Below are positions 8,916 through 18,927 of a stretch of DNA of 64,000 nucleotides, piece after piece. Made by a program: the position numbers and the translations under genes. The stretch is from the NCBI GenBank assembly GCA_905614355.1, contig CAJQSN010000015.1, positions 22,325 to 86,324 on the forward strand. Reading direction: 5' to 3'. How positions within the stretch are numbered: the first letter of the stretch is position 1; every line of letters begins with the position of its first letter. This DNA is from an uncultured Rhodospirillales bacterium (GTDB lineage Bacteria > Pseudomonadota > Alphaproteobacteria > Rhodospirillales > UBA2165). The notes beneath the pieces are model-generated. The model saw only the letters and a list, made by a program, of their open reading frames with translations, was not told the DNA's origin and searched no databases.

Positions 8916-9870
8916 TGGGATCCTCATATTTCTTAAGAAATCCCTCAACGCCACCTCTGGCGAACAAAACCACCAGAATTAGAAACGGGCCAAATATTAA
9001 ATGCCATGCTTCGGTTATATTGGATAAAATTTCTGTTAAAAATAAAAAAATCATAGCACCTCCTAGAGGTCCCATAATCGTTCCCATTCCACCAAGCACT
9101 ACCATAAATATAAGTTCGCCAGAGAAGGTCCAAAATAGCAAATCTGGGCTCACAAAATCTTCGAAATTAGCACTCAATAAACCTGACAATCCGCACATCA
9201 TACCGGCAATAACAAAAGCAACTAATTTATAACGAAATGTGGGGTAACCAATTGTGGCCATTCGCTCATTATTCGATTTTCCAGCTCTAAGAACTCTACC
9301 AAATCTAGAATTAACAATACGAAAATTTAAATACAAACACCCTACCATTAGCATAAAAGCGGTATAATACATTGTCATTGCATCATTTAAATCAAAGAAT
9401 GACAGACCAAAATCACTTCTTGCATCAATAGTAAGCCCATCATCGCTACCGTACTTTTCAACACTGACGCTTAAGAAATACATCATCTGTGCAAATGCAA
9501 GTGTTATCATTATAAAATAAACGCCCCGCGTCCTTAAACTTATCGCCCCAATAATAAGAGCAAAAAGACCACTCATTAATATTCCGACCGGCCATTGGAT
9601 GTAGGCACTTTCAATCCCATGCGAAGCTAGAATGCCGACAGAGTAACCACCTATCCCTACAAAAATAGCATGTCCAAAACTAATCATACCGCCGTAGCCC
9701 ATGATAAAATTCAAACTAATTGCAGCTATCGTCACAATCATAACACGCGCAACAACATCGGTGTAAAACTCTTGACCAATAAGCGGTGCAATAATTGGCA
9801 TAAATACACAGAGTAGAATCAATAAAGAATTATAAATGCCTCTTGGTGTTTTGAGAAACTGGATACTCAT
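8908..9870 (-). CDS. livM: ABC transporter permease LivM
   Basis: Multi-TM LivM-type permease. Start taken at MSIQFLKTPRG, 10 nt after the livH stop. Confidence 0.8.
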   Translation of the reverse strand: MSIQFLKTPRGIYNSLLILLCVFMPIIAPLIGQEFYTDVVARVMIVTIAAISLNFIMGYGGMISFGHAIFVGIGGYSVGILASHGIESAYIQWPVGILMSGLFALIIGAISLRTRGVYFIMITLAFAQMMYFLSVSVEKYGSDDGLTIDARSDFGLSFFDLNDAMTMYYTAFMLMVGCLYLNFRIVNSRFGRVLRAGKSNNERMATIGYPTFRYKLVAFVIAGMMCGLSGLLSANFEDFVSPDLLFWTFSGELIFMVVLGGMGTIMGPLGGAMIFLFLTEILSNITEAWHLIFGPFLILVVLFARGGVEGFLKKYEDPNG

Positions 9871-9880
9871 AGTGCCATCC

Positions 9881-10804
9881 TCACGCCCCTTTAGGCGGGA
9901 AAAGACCGCTTGGCTTAATAGCAAGTATAACGGCCATTAAAATATAAATAAGCATAGATGAAATTGCTGGACCTGCTGTTTCGGCCGCAACCGAATCCAT
10001 AAAAGACATTAAAGCAACATCAATAAAAGAGCGGCCCATTGTATCAATAAGCCCTGTCAGAATGGCAGCTATAAAGGCTCCTTTTATCGATCCAATTCCA
10101 CCAATAACAATTACAACAAAGGCAAGAATTAACATCCCTTCACCCATCCCACTCTCTGCCTGAGTAATTGGAGTGATGATCATGCCTGCAAAACCAGCCA
10201 ACACAGCCCCAAGTCCAAACACGAGTGTAAAAAGCAACTTTATATTTATACCAAGGGCTCCAACCATCTCACGATTAGAGGCACCAGCTCTAATCAGCAT
10301 TCCAATTCTCGTTTTAGATACAAGTAAATACAATAATACCGCAACCAAAAGCCCGCTAATGATAATTACCACACGATAATCTGGCACTGTGATTCCACCG
10401 GGCAAGGTTATTAAACCAGAGAGGTATGGCGGCAAATTAATACCAGTACCTTCGGCGCCCCAAACAATCAAAAATAATTCATTAAAGAAAATAATTAACC
10501 CAAATGTAGCCAAAACTTGATCCAAATGATCTCGTTCATAGAGGGTTCGTAAAACACTTAATTCGAGGATAAGTCCGGCAATCAACATAGCAGGCAACGT
10601 TAAAATCATACCCAGAACTAGTGAATCTGTTAATTGAACAAAGGTCGCCGCAAAAAAAGCACCAAACATGTATAGTGTACCATGCGCTAGATTTACCAGA
10701 TCCATAATACCAAAAATCAAGGTCAAGCCCGCAGCCACTAGGAATAATATAATTCCCAATTGGAACCCATTGAAAAATTGTTCGGCTAAAAGAATATAAT
10801 CCAT
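9881..10804 (-). CDS. livH: ABC transporter permease LivH
   Basis: 307 aa, multi-TM. N-terminus MDYILLAEQFFNGFQLGIILFLVAAGLTLIFGIMDLVNLAHG is canonical LivH. Confidence 0.85.
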   Translation of the reverse strand: MDYILLAEQFFNGFQLGIILFLVAAGLTLIFGIMDLVNLAHGTLYMFGAFFAATFVQLTDSLVLGMILTLPAMLIAGLILELSVLRTLYERDHLDQVLATFGLIIFFNELFLIVWGAEGTGINLPPYLSGLITLPGGITVPDYRVVIIISGLLVAVLLYLLVSKTRIGMLIRAGASNREMVGALGINIKLLFTLVFGLGAVLAGFAGMIITPITQAESGMGEGMLILAFVVIVIGGIGSIKGAFIAAILTGLIDTMGRSFIDVALMSFMDSVAAETAGPAISSMLIYILMAVILAIKPSGLFPPKGA

Positions 10805-10832
10805 ATTTTTATACTATGCTTAGCTAAAAGAA

Positions 10833-10860
10833 GTATGGGAACGCCGAAACGTTCCCATAC
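10833..10860 (-). terminator. intercistronic hairpin (partial terminator/attenuator) between the binding-protein gene and livH
   Basis: Perfect 11-bp stem GTATGGGAACG / CGTTCCCATAC with a 6-nt loop. On the minus strand it is followed by TTCTTTT. Confidence 0.45.
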
Positions 10861-10883
10861 TTATATTTTTAACAGCTAAAGAA

Positions 10884-12068
10884 TTAGAGCTTGCATTCAC
10901 CAGAATTTGTTGGCGCATGATTTTTAAGAACAGCATTGCCAACTCGAGACAATTGCCACTGACCATCCTTATTAACTACTTTACGAGCATAAAAATCCTG
11001 AATAGGAAAATGGTTTTTACCAAATTTAATTTTACCACGAACAGAGTCAAAATCTGCCTTCTCCATGCCTCTACGGACGGCATCCATATTGGACATATCC
11101 CCTTTTGCAGCCCTTACACCAGCAGCAATTAACATTAGAGCATCGTACGCTTGCGCAGCATAATGTGCCGGAATTTGTCCTTTATAGTGCTTCTTAAAAG
11201 CTGGAACGAATTTTCGGGTAGCTGGATTATCCAGATCCGGCGCCCAAAAATTAGCATTCATAGTTCCAAGTAAATGCGTCATTTTTCGTTTTTGAAAAAT
11301 TGGTAGATTTGCACCATCAATCGAAAAGGCATTGTACAACGGAATTGTTTTGTGCAATCCGGCTTGCGCATATTGAGTAAAGAATGCAGGACCCCAAGCC
11401 CCTGGGTAAAATACAAAAACCCCATCAGGCTTTGCAGCTTTAATTTTGGATAAATCAGCAGACCAATCTCTTTGGCTCATAGGGGTTAGCGCTTTAGCAA
11501 CAACCTTACCTTTAAACGTACGCGTCAGACCAGTGATCATTTGTTTTCCCGCTGCATAATTAGGAGCAAGAATATAGAGTTTTTTCACACCTTCATTATT
11601 TAACATTTGCCCAACGGCCATTGGCGTTTGCGTGTTCTCCCATGCCGAATTAAAGAAATTCTTATGGCACTTCTTTCCGGAATACATAGAATGTCCGGCA
11701 TTGGAACTAATGACAAATTTGCCTGCTTTAAGGCCAACTGGTGCGGAAGCGGCTAAAATATGAGAAAATATAAAACCAGTCAAAAAATGAACTTTATCTT
11801 TTTTAATAAGTTTTTCAGTTTTTTGTTTACCAATAGCTGGCTTAAATTTATTATCTTCAAAAATTAATTCTATTTTTTTACCAGCTACTTTTCCACCTAA
11901 ATGTTTAAGAGCAACTTCAAATCCCGCTTTACTGTTTAAACCAATAATTGAAGCTGGTGTTGTTAGAACCAAATTGATCCCTACTCTAATAGTATCATCG
12001 GCTGCCTGCGCACTTGGCGCTACCAACATCGCTGCTAATGGTGCAGCCAAAATAAGTTTTCTAATCAT
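10884..12068 (-). CDS. LivK-family periplasmic substrate-binding protein (ligand unknown)
   Basis: 394 aa, signal peptide ending AQAADD, type-1 periplasmic binding fold pattern. First gene of the liv-type operon. Confidence 0.8.
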   Translation of the reverse strand: MIRKLILAAPLAAMLVAPSAQAADDTIRVGINLVLTTPASIIGLNSKAGFEVALKHLGGKVAGKKIELIFEDNKFKPAIGKQKTEKLIKKDKVHFLTGFIFSHILAASAPVGLKAGKFVISSNAGHSMYSGKKCHKNFFNSAWENTQTPMAVGQMLNNEGVKKLYILAPNYAAGKQMITGLTRTFKGKVVAKALTPMSQRDWSADLSKIKAAKPDGVFVFYPGAWGPAFFTQYAQAGLHKTIPLYNAFSIDGANLPIFQKRKMTHLLGTMNANFWAPDLDNPATRKFVPAFKKHYKGQIPAHYAAQAYDALMLIAAGVRAAKGDMSNMDAVRRGMEKADFDSVRGKIKFGKNHFPIQDFYARKVVNKDGQWQLSRVGNAVLKNHAPTNSGECKL

Positions 12069-12299
12069 TTACTATAGTCTCCCTTATGTTTTAAGTCCTG
12101 AATCTAACTACATTAATTGCGGGGAATTATTAATTATTATGTGATTCCCACATCGAGGTAATAATTCTTTTAATAGCCAATTCATTTAAAATACAAAATA
12201 TTAGGCCTAAAATAATTAACCACTATACACTATAAAACTAAAAGTTTTTTTTTGCAATGATTACAGGATTATAAAGTCAATTAATTGTATGATAAAATT

Positions 12300-12797
12300 T
12301 TAAATATCACGCATTACTTTTGCCGCATCAAATGCTGCGTTTATAATTTCATGATAACCAGTGCAACGACAAATATTTCCGCTAAGTGCGATTTTAATTT
12401 CTTCGATTGAAGGATCTGGGTTACTTTTAAGGTACTCACTTAGCGTCATAAGAAATCCAGGAGTACAGTACCCGCACTGTAGTGCGAAATTCTCATGGAA
12501 AGCTTGTTGCAAGGCATTAAAATTTCCATCCTTATCAGCTAAACCTTCGATTGTATCAATTTCTGAGCCATCGGCTTGTATGGCTAGCATCAAACACGAT
12601 CGCACTGCTTTACCATTAACAAGAATAGTGCAAGCGCCACAAATACCATGTTCGCAACCAACGTGCGTGCCAGTTGCCCCTATTTCATGCCGAAGAAAAT
12701 CAGTTAGTAACAAACGCGGCTCAGCTATACCCTTAACAGCTTCACCATTAAGAGTAATTTTGACTTGATGTCTTTCTTCATGACTAAATTTTTTCAT
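12300..12797 (-). CDS. (2Fe-2S)-binding small subunit of a xanthine dehydrogenase-family molybdenum hydroxylase (CoxS-like)
   Basis: GCEHGICGACTILVNG and CGYCTPGF...CRCTGY cysteine motifs. Confidence 0.85.
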   Translation of the reverse strand: MKKFSHEERHQVKITLNGEAVKGIAEPRLLLTDFLRHEIGATGTHVGCEHGICGACTILVNGKAVRSCLMLAIQADGSEIDTIEGLADKDGNFNALQQAFHENFALQCGYCTPGFLMTLSEYLKSNPDPSIEEIKIALSGNICRCTGYHEIINAAFDAAKVMRDI

Positions 12798-13636
12798 TGG
12801 GACAACTCGTGATTTTTTTGAACGTGGAGGTTGTCAATTACCTGCCGGCCAAGATGGCGGACCAATTCACGGCGATGTTGCGCGGTCGCATGGATATCAT
12901 CACTACCCCGTAATTCCCAGGCAAAATCATTAAGTGCGTCATCAATGGCACTACCCTCAAGAGATTGCCATTCACGCACTTCAGGGCGGTCGGCCACGCC
13001 ACCCACGGCAATTCTAATTTTATTATCCACAACCATACCTGCAATGCCTACAACTGCAAAATCTCCATGGCGATGATGAAATTCCGTAAAAGCATATTTT
13101 GCACCATCCTGAGCTACAGGATAAATCGCCTTTATTGCTAGCTCTTCATCCTGTTTTGCAGTCGTCAACACGCCAATTAAAAAATCATCAGCTTTCACCC
13201 TTCGGGTTCCTTTTTTATTTTTCAATTCGACTTCTCCATCCAGCAACATTAGACAAGCTGGCAATTCAGAACTGGGGTCCGCGTGACACAACGAACCACA
13301 AACTGTTCCACGGTTGCGTGTTTGGAAGTGGCCAATACTTGGGATCGCCGATGCCAATAACGGTAAGGTTGATGAGAGATCACTCCAGCTTCCCAAATCA
13401 GCCTGAGTTGTTGTGGCGCCAATTTCAATGGCTTTACCCTTTTTTATTATACCTCGTAAATCCGAAGTTTGTGCAATATCAATTAACACCTGCGGTCGCA
13501 CTAAACGCATATTCAGCATCGGCATCAGCGATTGCCCACCAGCTATTATTTTAGCTTCATCACCATACTCCGCCAGCAAATCCACGGCTTCATCACTAGT
13601 CTCAACTCGAATATAGTCAAATGGTGGTGGCTTCAT
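12794..13636 (-). CDS. FAD-binding medium subunit of a molybdenum hydroxylase (CoxM-like)
   Basis: 280 aa. IIAGGQSLMPMLNMRL and RGTVCGSL motifs. 4-nt overlaps with both neighbouring subunit genes. Confidence 0.85.
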   Translation of the reverse strand: MKPPPFDYIRVETSDEAVDLLAEYGDEAKIIAGGQSLMPMLNMRLVRPQVLIDIAQTSDLRGIIKKGKAIEIGATTTQADLGSWSDLSSTLPLLASAIPSIGHFQTRNRGTVCGSLCHADPSSELPACLMLLDGEVELKNKKGTRRVKADDFLIGVLTTAKQDEELAIKAIYPVAQDGAKYAFTEFHHRHGDFAVVGIAGMVVDNKIRIAVGGVADRPEVREWQSLEGSAIDDALNDFAWELRGSDDIHATAQHRRELVRHLGRQVIDNLHVQKNHELSQ

Positions 13637-16629
13637 CGACTAAACCCAAACATCCGTTTTAACCTAATCCAGAAAATTTTATGCATAGGATCCCCATCTC
13701 CAACGTCTCCAGCCTGCCTTGCTAAAGCCCTCAAGAAAATATCTATTAATTGGCGTGATGCCCCTCGTACCAGTCTTCCTCCGACTGAAGCTATCGTCCC
13801 GGAGAGCTCCACCTCATATTTATACTTCAAAGAAGTCCCCAAAGAGGTCTCGATCAATTCAAAGGACCCCAAACCTCTTGATGAACCGAGTGGCCCATCA
13901 GCAGAACCGACAATCGTTGCTTTACTGGGTTTTTCAAGATTTTTCAATTCGATCTTAGCGACAAATCGCCCTTTAACCGGACCAACACCAAGCATCGCAA
14001 TACCAGAAAAATTATTGTCACCAAGTGTCTCCAAAGACTCGCACCCGGGTACAATACTAGCAAGCTCGGTTGGATCTAATAATAAATCCCAGACTTTCGT
14101 TGGGCTTGCTGCAATCTCAAATTCACCAGAACCGTATATAGCAGGCTTCTTATTTGGATCGGTCGGTACAAATTCTTCTATCTGTTTAGAAGGCTTGGTT
14201 TCACTGCCCTTTATCCAGCTCAAAACCTTAGCAGGGTTCAACGGAAGCTCAACATTCTCATAGCCGAGAGCATCGGCAACCGCATTACCTACGCAAGCGG
14301 GAGTTGAATACTGATTGCCTTCTGCTATCCCTTTTGCGCCTAAACGAGTATAAGGTGATGGATTTGGTGTCGGATGTACAATTTGAAAATCAGGTAACTC
14401 AGCTGCTGTGGGCACTGTATACTCAGCAAACGTACCTGAGCGGAATGTGCCATCATCGTCGTACACAAATTCCTCTAGAAATGTTGCGCCATACGCGGCT
14501 GCCCAAGACCCTCTAATTTGTCCTTCAGCAAGCCCTGGATTTAAGATTGTGCCACAATCGTGCGCTGAAACATACTTATCAATTTTTACGACACCCGTAT
14601 TTGCATCAACCTCAACGCCACAGAAATCAAAGCCAAAACCATATGCGAGCGAGGTATTAATCTCATCATTTGCTGTTGTAGCAGTTAACTCAGGAGCACT
14701 CCACATTGCAGTCTCACGTATAGCTGGCTCCATCCCTTCAGGTAAACTGCCAGGAGACCAGTGCGCAATTCCGCCAACTCGATAGAATGGGACGGAATTT
14801 TCAGGATTATTCTTTGCGAAAATTTTATTATCTTCAAACTCAATTTCCTCAGCGCCAACATTAAGCATTGTTGCGGCAATCCGGGCCATTTTAAGCCTCA
14901 CCTTCTCAGCCGCTTGGTCGGCGGCGCTAGCCGAGGCTGGAGAAAACCGACAAGAATAATTCCCTGCTGCAATCGACCATCCATCTTTTGCTGTATCGAT
15001 ATCAAGAGCGACAACTACGTTTTCCGGATCAATTCCCAGTTGATCGGCTACAATCTGAGCTAGGGCTGTCCGATGTCCCTGTCCTTGTGGAACGGAATCA
15101 CCAACAACATTAACCGACCCGAGTGCATCCACTGCCACTGTAACAGAAGCCACGGCGCCGTCTTTTGGTCCAGCGCGCTCCCTTTCTTCGCCTGTTTTCA
15201 AAGTTGAAATATAGCCCATATTAGACTGACTGGGTTCGACGCACGAGGCGTAACCAATACCGTATAGGCGACCCGCTTTTCGAGCTTTTTCCCTACGTTT
15301 TAAAAGTTCACTAAGGCCGCCCTCCTCAACAGTCTCATCAATTGTCCTGTGATAATCACCTGAGTCCAACAATGCCCCCGCGATTGCTTTATATGGAAAC
15401 TTATCAGTTGTGATCAAATTACGCCGCATTAATTCAAGTGGATCAATACCAAGCTCCGTAGCAATTTTCTGCATCATACGCTCGACCCCAAAATACAGTT
15501 GTGGTCCTCCAAAACCCCTAACCGCACCGGTCGGGCATTTATTTGTAATCATAATATGATTTGTGACTTCTAAGTTCCGAATGGTGTAGCCATTGGTCGA
15601 CACACCATGCATCCGATAGATCGGTGCAGGCATTGGCGCCCTAAGGTAGGCACCATGATCATCCCAGTTGGTTAAGCGAAGTCCAGTTACAATACCCTCA
15701 TTTGAATAAGCCGCTTCTACTTCGGTCACACGATTTGGTGCTACGCTAGATGCAGACAAATGTTCTAAACGATCTTCAATCCATTTGATAGGGCGCCTAG
15801 CTTTACGAGCTAAAACACATAGTACGACAATATGCGGAAATATTACGAGCTTAGAGCCAAAACTACCCCCCGAATTTTCGGGACTTCTATGCCGTAACGC
15901 GGCAGTTCTAATCCTAAGCGCCAGTGCCATAACTGTGTGTACTGAAAATGGTCCTTGAAAGTTAGACAAGACATCAAAGCCTTTAGTAGATTCCACATAC
16001 TCAGCAACAATAGCATAGGTCTCCATTGGGGTGATTGAATTCCGCGGATAACGTACTTTAATTTTTGTAGTATTATCTGCTTCATCAAAAGCTTGTTTAG
16101 GGTTTCCATGAACAAAGTGTCGCTTTGAAACGCAATTCGAATCAGCACGCGGATGAATTAAAGGCGCCTCAGGAGAAGCAGATTTTACAGGATCAATGGT
16201 AGCTCGCAGAATATTATATTTGACCTTGATGAGATCAAGGGCATCCTCAGCTACATAACGATCAACAGCAGCTATAACGGCTATAGGGTCGCCAACATGG
16301 CGCACCTTACCAACTGCCAAACCATAATAATCAATTGGATTTTCAAAACCCACAATAAGCGGGTCTGTCTCCCTAGCCATATCTTCACCTGTTATGACAG
16401 CGAAGACCCCCGGCAGTTTTAGGGCTTCTATATAATCTATTGATTCGATCTCCGCATGGGCATGCGGAGATCGAAGAAATGCAGCCTGCAGGGTACTCTT
16501 CTTGACTGGAGTGTCATCAACAAATTGGCCTTGGCCTTTAAGCAATGCGTAATCTTCAACACGCAACATTCTGCGTCCAACATGTTTTTTTTTATCCTCC
16601 TGCTCAACCGGGATAGCAAAATCCGTCAT
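13633..16629 (-). CDS. molybdopterin-binding large subunit of a xanthine dehydrogenase-family hydroxylase, fused C-terminally to a CoxG/SRPBCC domain
   Basis: 998 aa. Residues 1 to about 800 are an aldehyde oxidase/XDH a/b-hammerhead plus MoCo domain (GAVRGFGGPQ, AEGQIRGS). The last ~170 aa (FEIAASPTKVWDLLLDPTELASIVPGCESLE...GPVKGRFVAKIEL...GGRLV) match the CoxG family. Confidence 0.85.
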   Translation of the reverse strand: MTDFAIPVEQEDKKKHVGRRMLRVEDYALLKGQGQFVDDTPVKKSTLQAAFLRSPHAHAEIESIDYIEALKLPGVFAVITGEDMARETDPLIVGFENPIDYYGLAVGKVRHVGDPIAVIAAVDRYVAEDALDLIKVKYNILRATIDPVKSASPEAPLIHPRADSNCVSKRHFVHGNPKQAFDEADNTTKIKVRYPRNSITPMETYAIVAEYVESTKGFDVLSNFQGPFSVHTVMALALRIRTAALRHRSPENSGGSFGSKLVIFPHIVVLCVLARKARRPIKWIEDRLEHLSASSVAPNRVTEVEAAYSNEGIVTGLRLTNWDDHGAYLRAPMPAPIYRMHGVSTNGYTIRNLEVTNHIMITNKCPTGAVRGFGGPQLYFGVERMMQKIATELGIDPLELMRRNLITTDKFPYKAIAGALLDSGDYHRTIDETVEEGGLSELLKRREKARKAGRLYGIGYASCVEPSQSNMGYISTLKTGEERERAGPKDGAVASVTVAVDALGSVNVVGDSVPQGQGHRTALAQIVADQLGIDPENVVVALDIDTAKDGWSIAAGNYSCRFSPASASAADQAAEKVRLKMARIAATMLNVGAEEIEFEDNKIFAKNNPENSVPFYRVGGIAHWSPGSLPEGMEPAIRETAMWSAPELTATTANDEINTSLAYGFGFDFCGVEVDANTGVVKIDKYVSAHDCGTILNPGLAEGQIRGSWAAAYGATFLEEFVYDDDGTFRSGTFAEYTVPTAAELPDFQIVHPTPNPSPYTRLGAKGIAEGNQYSTPACVGNAVADALGYENVELPLNPAKVLSWIKGSETKPSKQIEEFVPTDPNKKPAIYGSGEFEIAASPTKVWDLLLDPTELASIVPGCESLETLGDNNFSGIAMLGVGPVKGRFVAKIELKNLEKPSKATIVGSADGPLGSSRGLGSFELIETSLGTSLKYKYEVELSGTIASVGGRLVRGASRQLIDIFLRALARQAGDVGDGDPMHKIFWIRLKRMFGFSR

Positions 16630-16852
16630 AAACTCTCAGGCTCCATAGATATCATCTCACTAGGATTTTTATACTATTTTTACGACACGTAATTTCGACC
16701 AGATCATAAACAAAAAATCAATTATCTAAACTCATATCTCGATAGCACTGTAAATAAAAATATCTAGTTATCAAATCTAACCATTGCGTATAGTTTAAGG
16801 AATATTTATATACAAGAAGTATTTTAATTTGAAATTCTGAGGAGTTTTTTTT

Positions 16853-18916
16853 GTGGAATGGTTTGTTGGTGTTGATGTTGGTGGGACTTTTACTGACTTC
16901 TTTGCGACCGAATCTCGGTCGGGAACAATTAAATATTTTAAGAGGCCATCAACACCTGAAAACCCGGGGCAAGCCATTGTAGATGGCCTGAAAGAAATGT
17001 GTGATGAACTCTCAATTAATCCGACGGATATTGAACGATTTTGTCATGGTACTACGGTAGCAACAAATTCACTAATTCAAAGACGCGGCGGGAAAGTTGC
17101 CTTAATAACTACCGAAGGTTTTCGCGATTTATTAGAGATAGGAAGGCAAACTAGACCTCATATGTACTCGCTCCAAGAGGACCAACCCGAGCCCCTAGTT
17201 CCCCGAGCACGACGTTTTGAAGTTAGCGAGCGCGTAAACTCAAATGGAGAAATAATCAAACATCTAGATGAAGCTAAATTGGAAATCGTCTTTGATGCGA
17301 TAGAAAGATGTAAAGCTGATTCTATTGCAGTTTGCTGCTTGTTTTCCTTCTTAAACAAAAAAACTGAATTTCGTATTGGAGAGTTATTAAAAAAACGTTT
17401 TCCAGATCTAGCACTTTCGCTTTCTTCGCGTGTACGTCCAGAATTCAGAGAATATGAGCGATGCTCAACAACAGTATTAAATGCCTATTTACAACCTGTA
17501 ATGGGAAATTACTTAACCCACTTAGAAAAAGAACTGAGTGATTATATGCCGGATTCTCCTATAAAAATATATCAGTCAAGTGGTGGATTAATGTCCATCG
17601 AAACCTCAAAAGAGTTTCCCATCAGGACTGCACTTTCAGGACCGGCTGCAGGCGTGGTAGGGGCGGTATATAGTGCTAAAGCAAGCAGCCATCCAAATGT
17701 TGCAACCTTGGATATGGGGGGCACCAGTGCTGATGTTGCTCTAATTCGAAATTATGATGCTGGTGTAAGGTCAGACCGCGATGTTGCCGGTTTCCCAGTA
17801 AGGCTGCCAATGGTTGACATACACACGGTAGGCGCCGGGGGGGGCTCTATCGCATGGTTAGATCGCGACGGACTGATGAAGGTTGGGCCTTCTAGTGCCG
17901 GAGCAAATCCGGGACCCGCGTGCTATGGCTTAGGAGGAGTAAAACCCACTGTAACAGATGCAAATTTAGTTTTAGGCCGATTATCAAGCGGAGGACTAAT
18001 AGGTGGCGCAATGGAGTTAGACATTGATGTAGCTCGCATGGCTATTAAGGAACTTGCGGATGAAATTGGCTTTACTATCGAGAAAACTGCTCAAGGCATC
18101 TTAGGCATCGTTGTTGCTAATATGGTCAGGGCAGTTCGTACAATTTCGGTGGAACGTGGTCATGATCCTCGCGATTATGCTCTTATGCCATTTGGAGGCG
18201 CAGGTCCTCTGCATGGATCGGAAGTTGCTCGGGCAATGGATATGAAAGAAATTATTGTACCTGTAGCGCCCGGCATTTTATGTGCCCAAGGTTTAATAAC
18301 ATCAGACCTCAAAGAAGACTTTGTGCGTAGCGGCCGATTTGAAGTCAATAACAATTGGCCCGCCGAAATACAAAAGATCATGGGACTATTAGATCAAGAG
18401 GCTCAAGATTGGTTCAATGTTGAAAAAATTTCAGCAGCCAATCAGCAGTTTAGCGTAACCCTTGACGCTCGTTATGTTGGACAAAATTTTGAGTTACAAG
18501 TTGAATTTAGAGAGAATGACCAATCAACTATACCCATTCCATCAAAAATTGAACAAGTCATCCTACAATTCAATACAGTGCATGAGCAATTTTATGGCTT
18601 TAGCAATCAAGACGAGCAGATTGAGGTGGTTAATATTAGGCTCACAGCAAAAGGTCAGCTGGATGTTATAGCCCCCTCTCCAAATAAAAAAAACGCACGT
18701 AAAAATTCAGGTCCAATTGGATCGCGTATGGTATGGTTTGATCAGGCCAGACCCATTAAAACACCAGTCTATAATAGAGCAATTTTAGAGATCGGTACAA
18801 AAATTTTAGGTCCGGCAATAATTGAACAGTTTGACTCAACAACGGTAGTGTTTCCTGACGATAAATTGCACATAGATAATGCTTTAAACCTTATTATTGA
18901 TATAAACCCAAAGTAA
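16853..18916 (+). CDS. hyuA: hydantoinase/oxoprolinase family protein, A subunit (ATP-dependent)
   Basis: 687 aa. VGVDVGGTFTDF N-terminus, DMGGTSADV, VGAGGGSIAW. GTG start with GAGGAG 8 nt upstream. Confidence 0.85.
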   Translation: MEWFVGVDVGGTFTDFFATESRSGTIKYFKRPSTPENPGQAIVDGLKEMCDELSINPTDIERFCHGTTVATNSLIQRRGGKVALITTEGFRDLLEIGRQTRPHMYSLQEDQPEPLVPRARRFEVSERVNSNGEIIKHLDEAKLEIVFDAIERCKADSIAVCCLFSFLNKKTEFRIGELLKKRFPDLALSLSSRVRPEFREYERCSTTVLNAYLQPVMGNYLTHLEKELSDYMPDSPIKIYQSSGGLMSIETSKEFPIRTALSGPAAGVVGAVYSAKASSHPNVATLDMGGTSADVALIRNYDAGVRSDRDVAGFPVRLPMVDIHTVGAGGGSIAWLDRDGLMKVGPSSAGANPGPACYGLGGVKPTVTDANLVLGRLSSGGLIGGAMELDIDVARMAIKELADEIGFTIEKTAQGILGIVVANMVRAVRTISVERGHDPRDYALMPFGGAGPLHGSEVARAMDMKEIIVPVAPGILCAQGLITSDLKEDFVRSGRFEVNNNWPAEIQKIMGLLDQEAQDWFNVEKISAANQQFSVTLDARYVGQNFELQVEFRENDQSTIPIPSKIEQVILQFNTVHEQFYGFSNQDEQIEVVNIRLTAKGQLDVIAPSPNKKNARKNSGPIGSRMVWFDQARPIKTPVYNRAILEIGTKILGPAIIEQFDSTTVVFPDDKLHIDNALNLIIDINPK

Positions 18917-18927
18917 CAGTTGGTGTC

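Noticed and set aside
13099-15063. Several long plus-strand ORFs (151, 243, 125 and 100 aa, among others) antisense to the large-subunit gene.
   Set aside because: They overlap a strongly motif-bearing 998-aa minus-strand gene, have low-complexity Ser/Pro/Leu-rich translations, and carry no recognisable motifs. These are typical shadow ORFs of a higher-GC gene. The same reasoning applies to the other antisense ORFs in the track (for example 4348-4642, 8915-9232, 23456-23821, 29554-29880, 35053-35406, 54094-54621, 62965-63429).
12300-16629. Carbon monoxide dehydrogenase (CoxSML), suggested by the subunit trio, the CoxG domain and an NYSCRF string in the large subunit.
   Set aside because: The active-site loop position reads GAVRGFGGPQ, the generic XDH-family motif. 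It is neither the form I AYxCSFR nor the form II AYRGAGR signature. The NYSCRF string lies about 170 residues downstream of that loop and looks coincidental. I therefore call it a Mo-hydroxylase of unknown substrate.
17837-17844. G8 homopolymer in hyuA (and a G7 run near 20514-20520 in hyuB) as possible phase-variation slippage tracts.
   Set aside because: Both are in frame and encode conserved glycine motifs (VGAGGGSIAW; PGAGGYGP). No truncated alternative frame is evident. They are just GGG codon runs.
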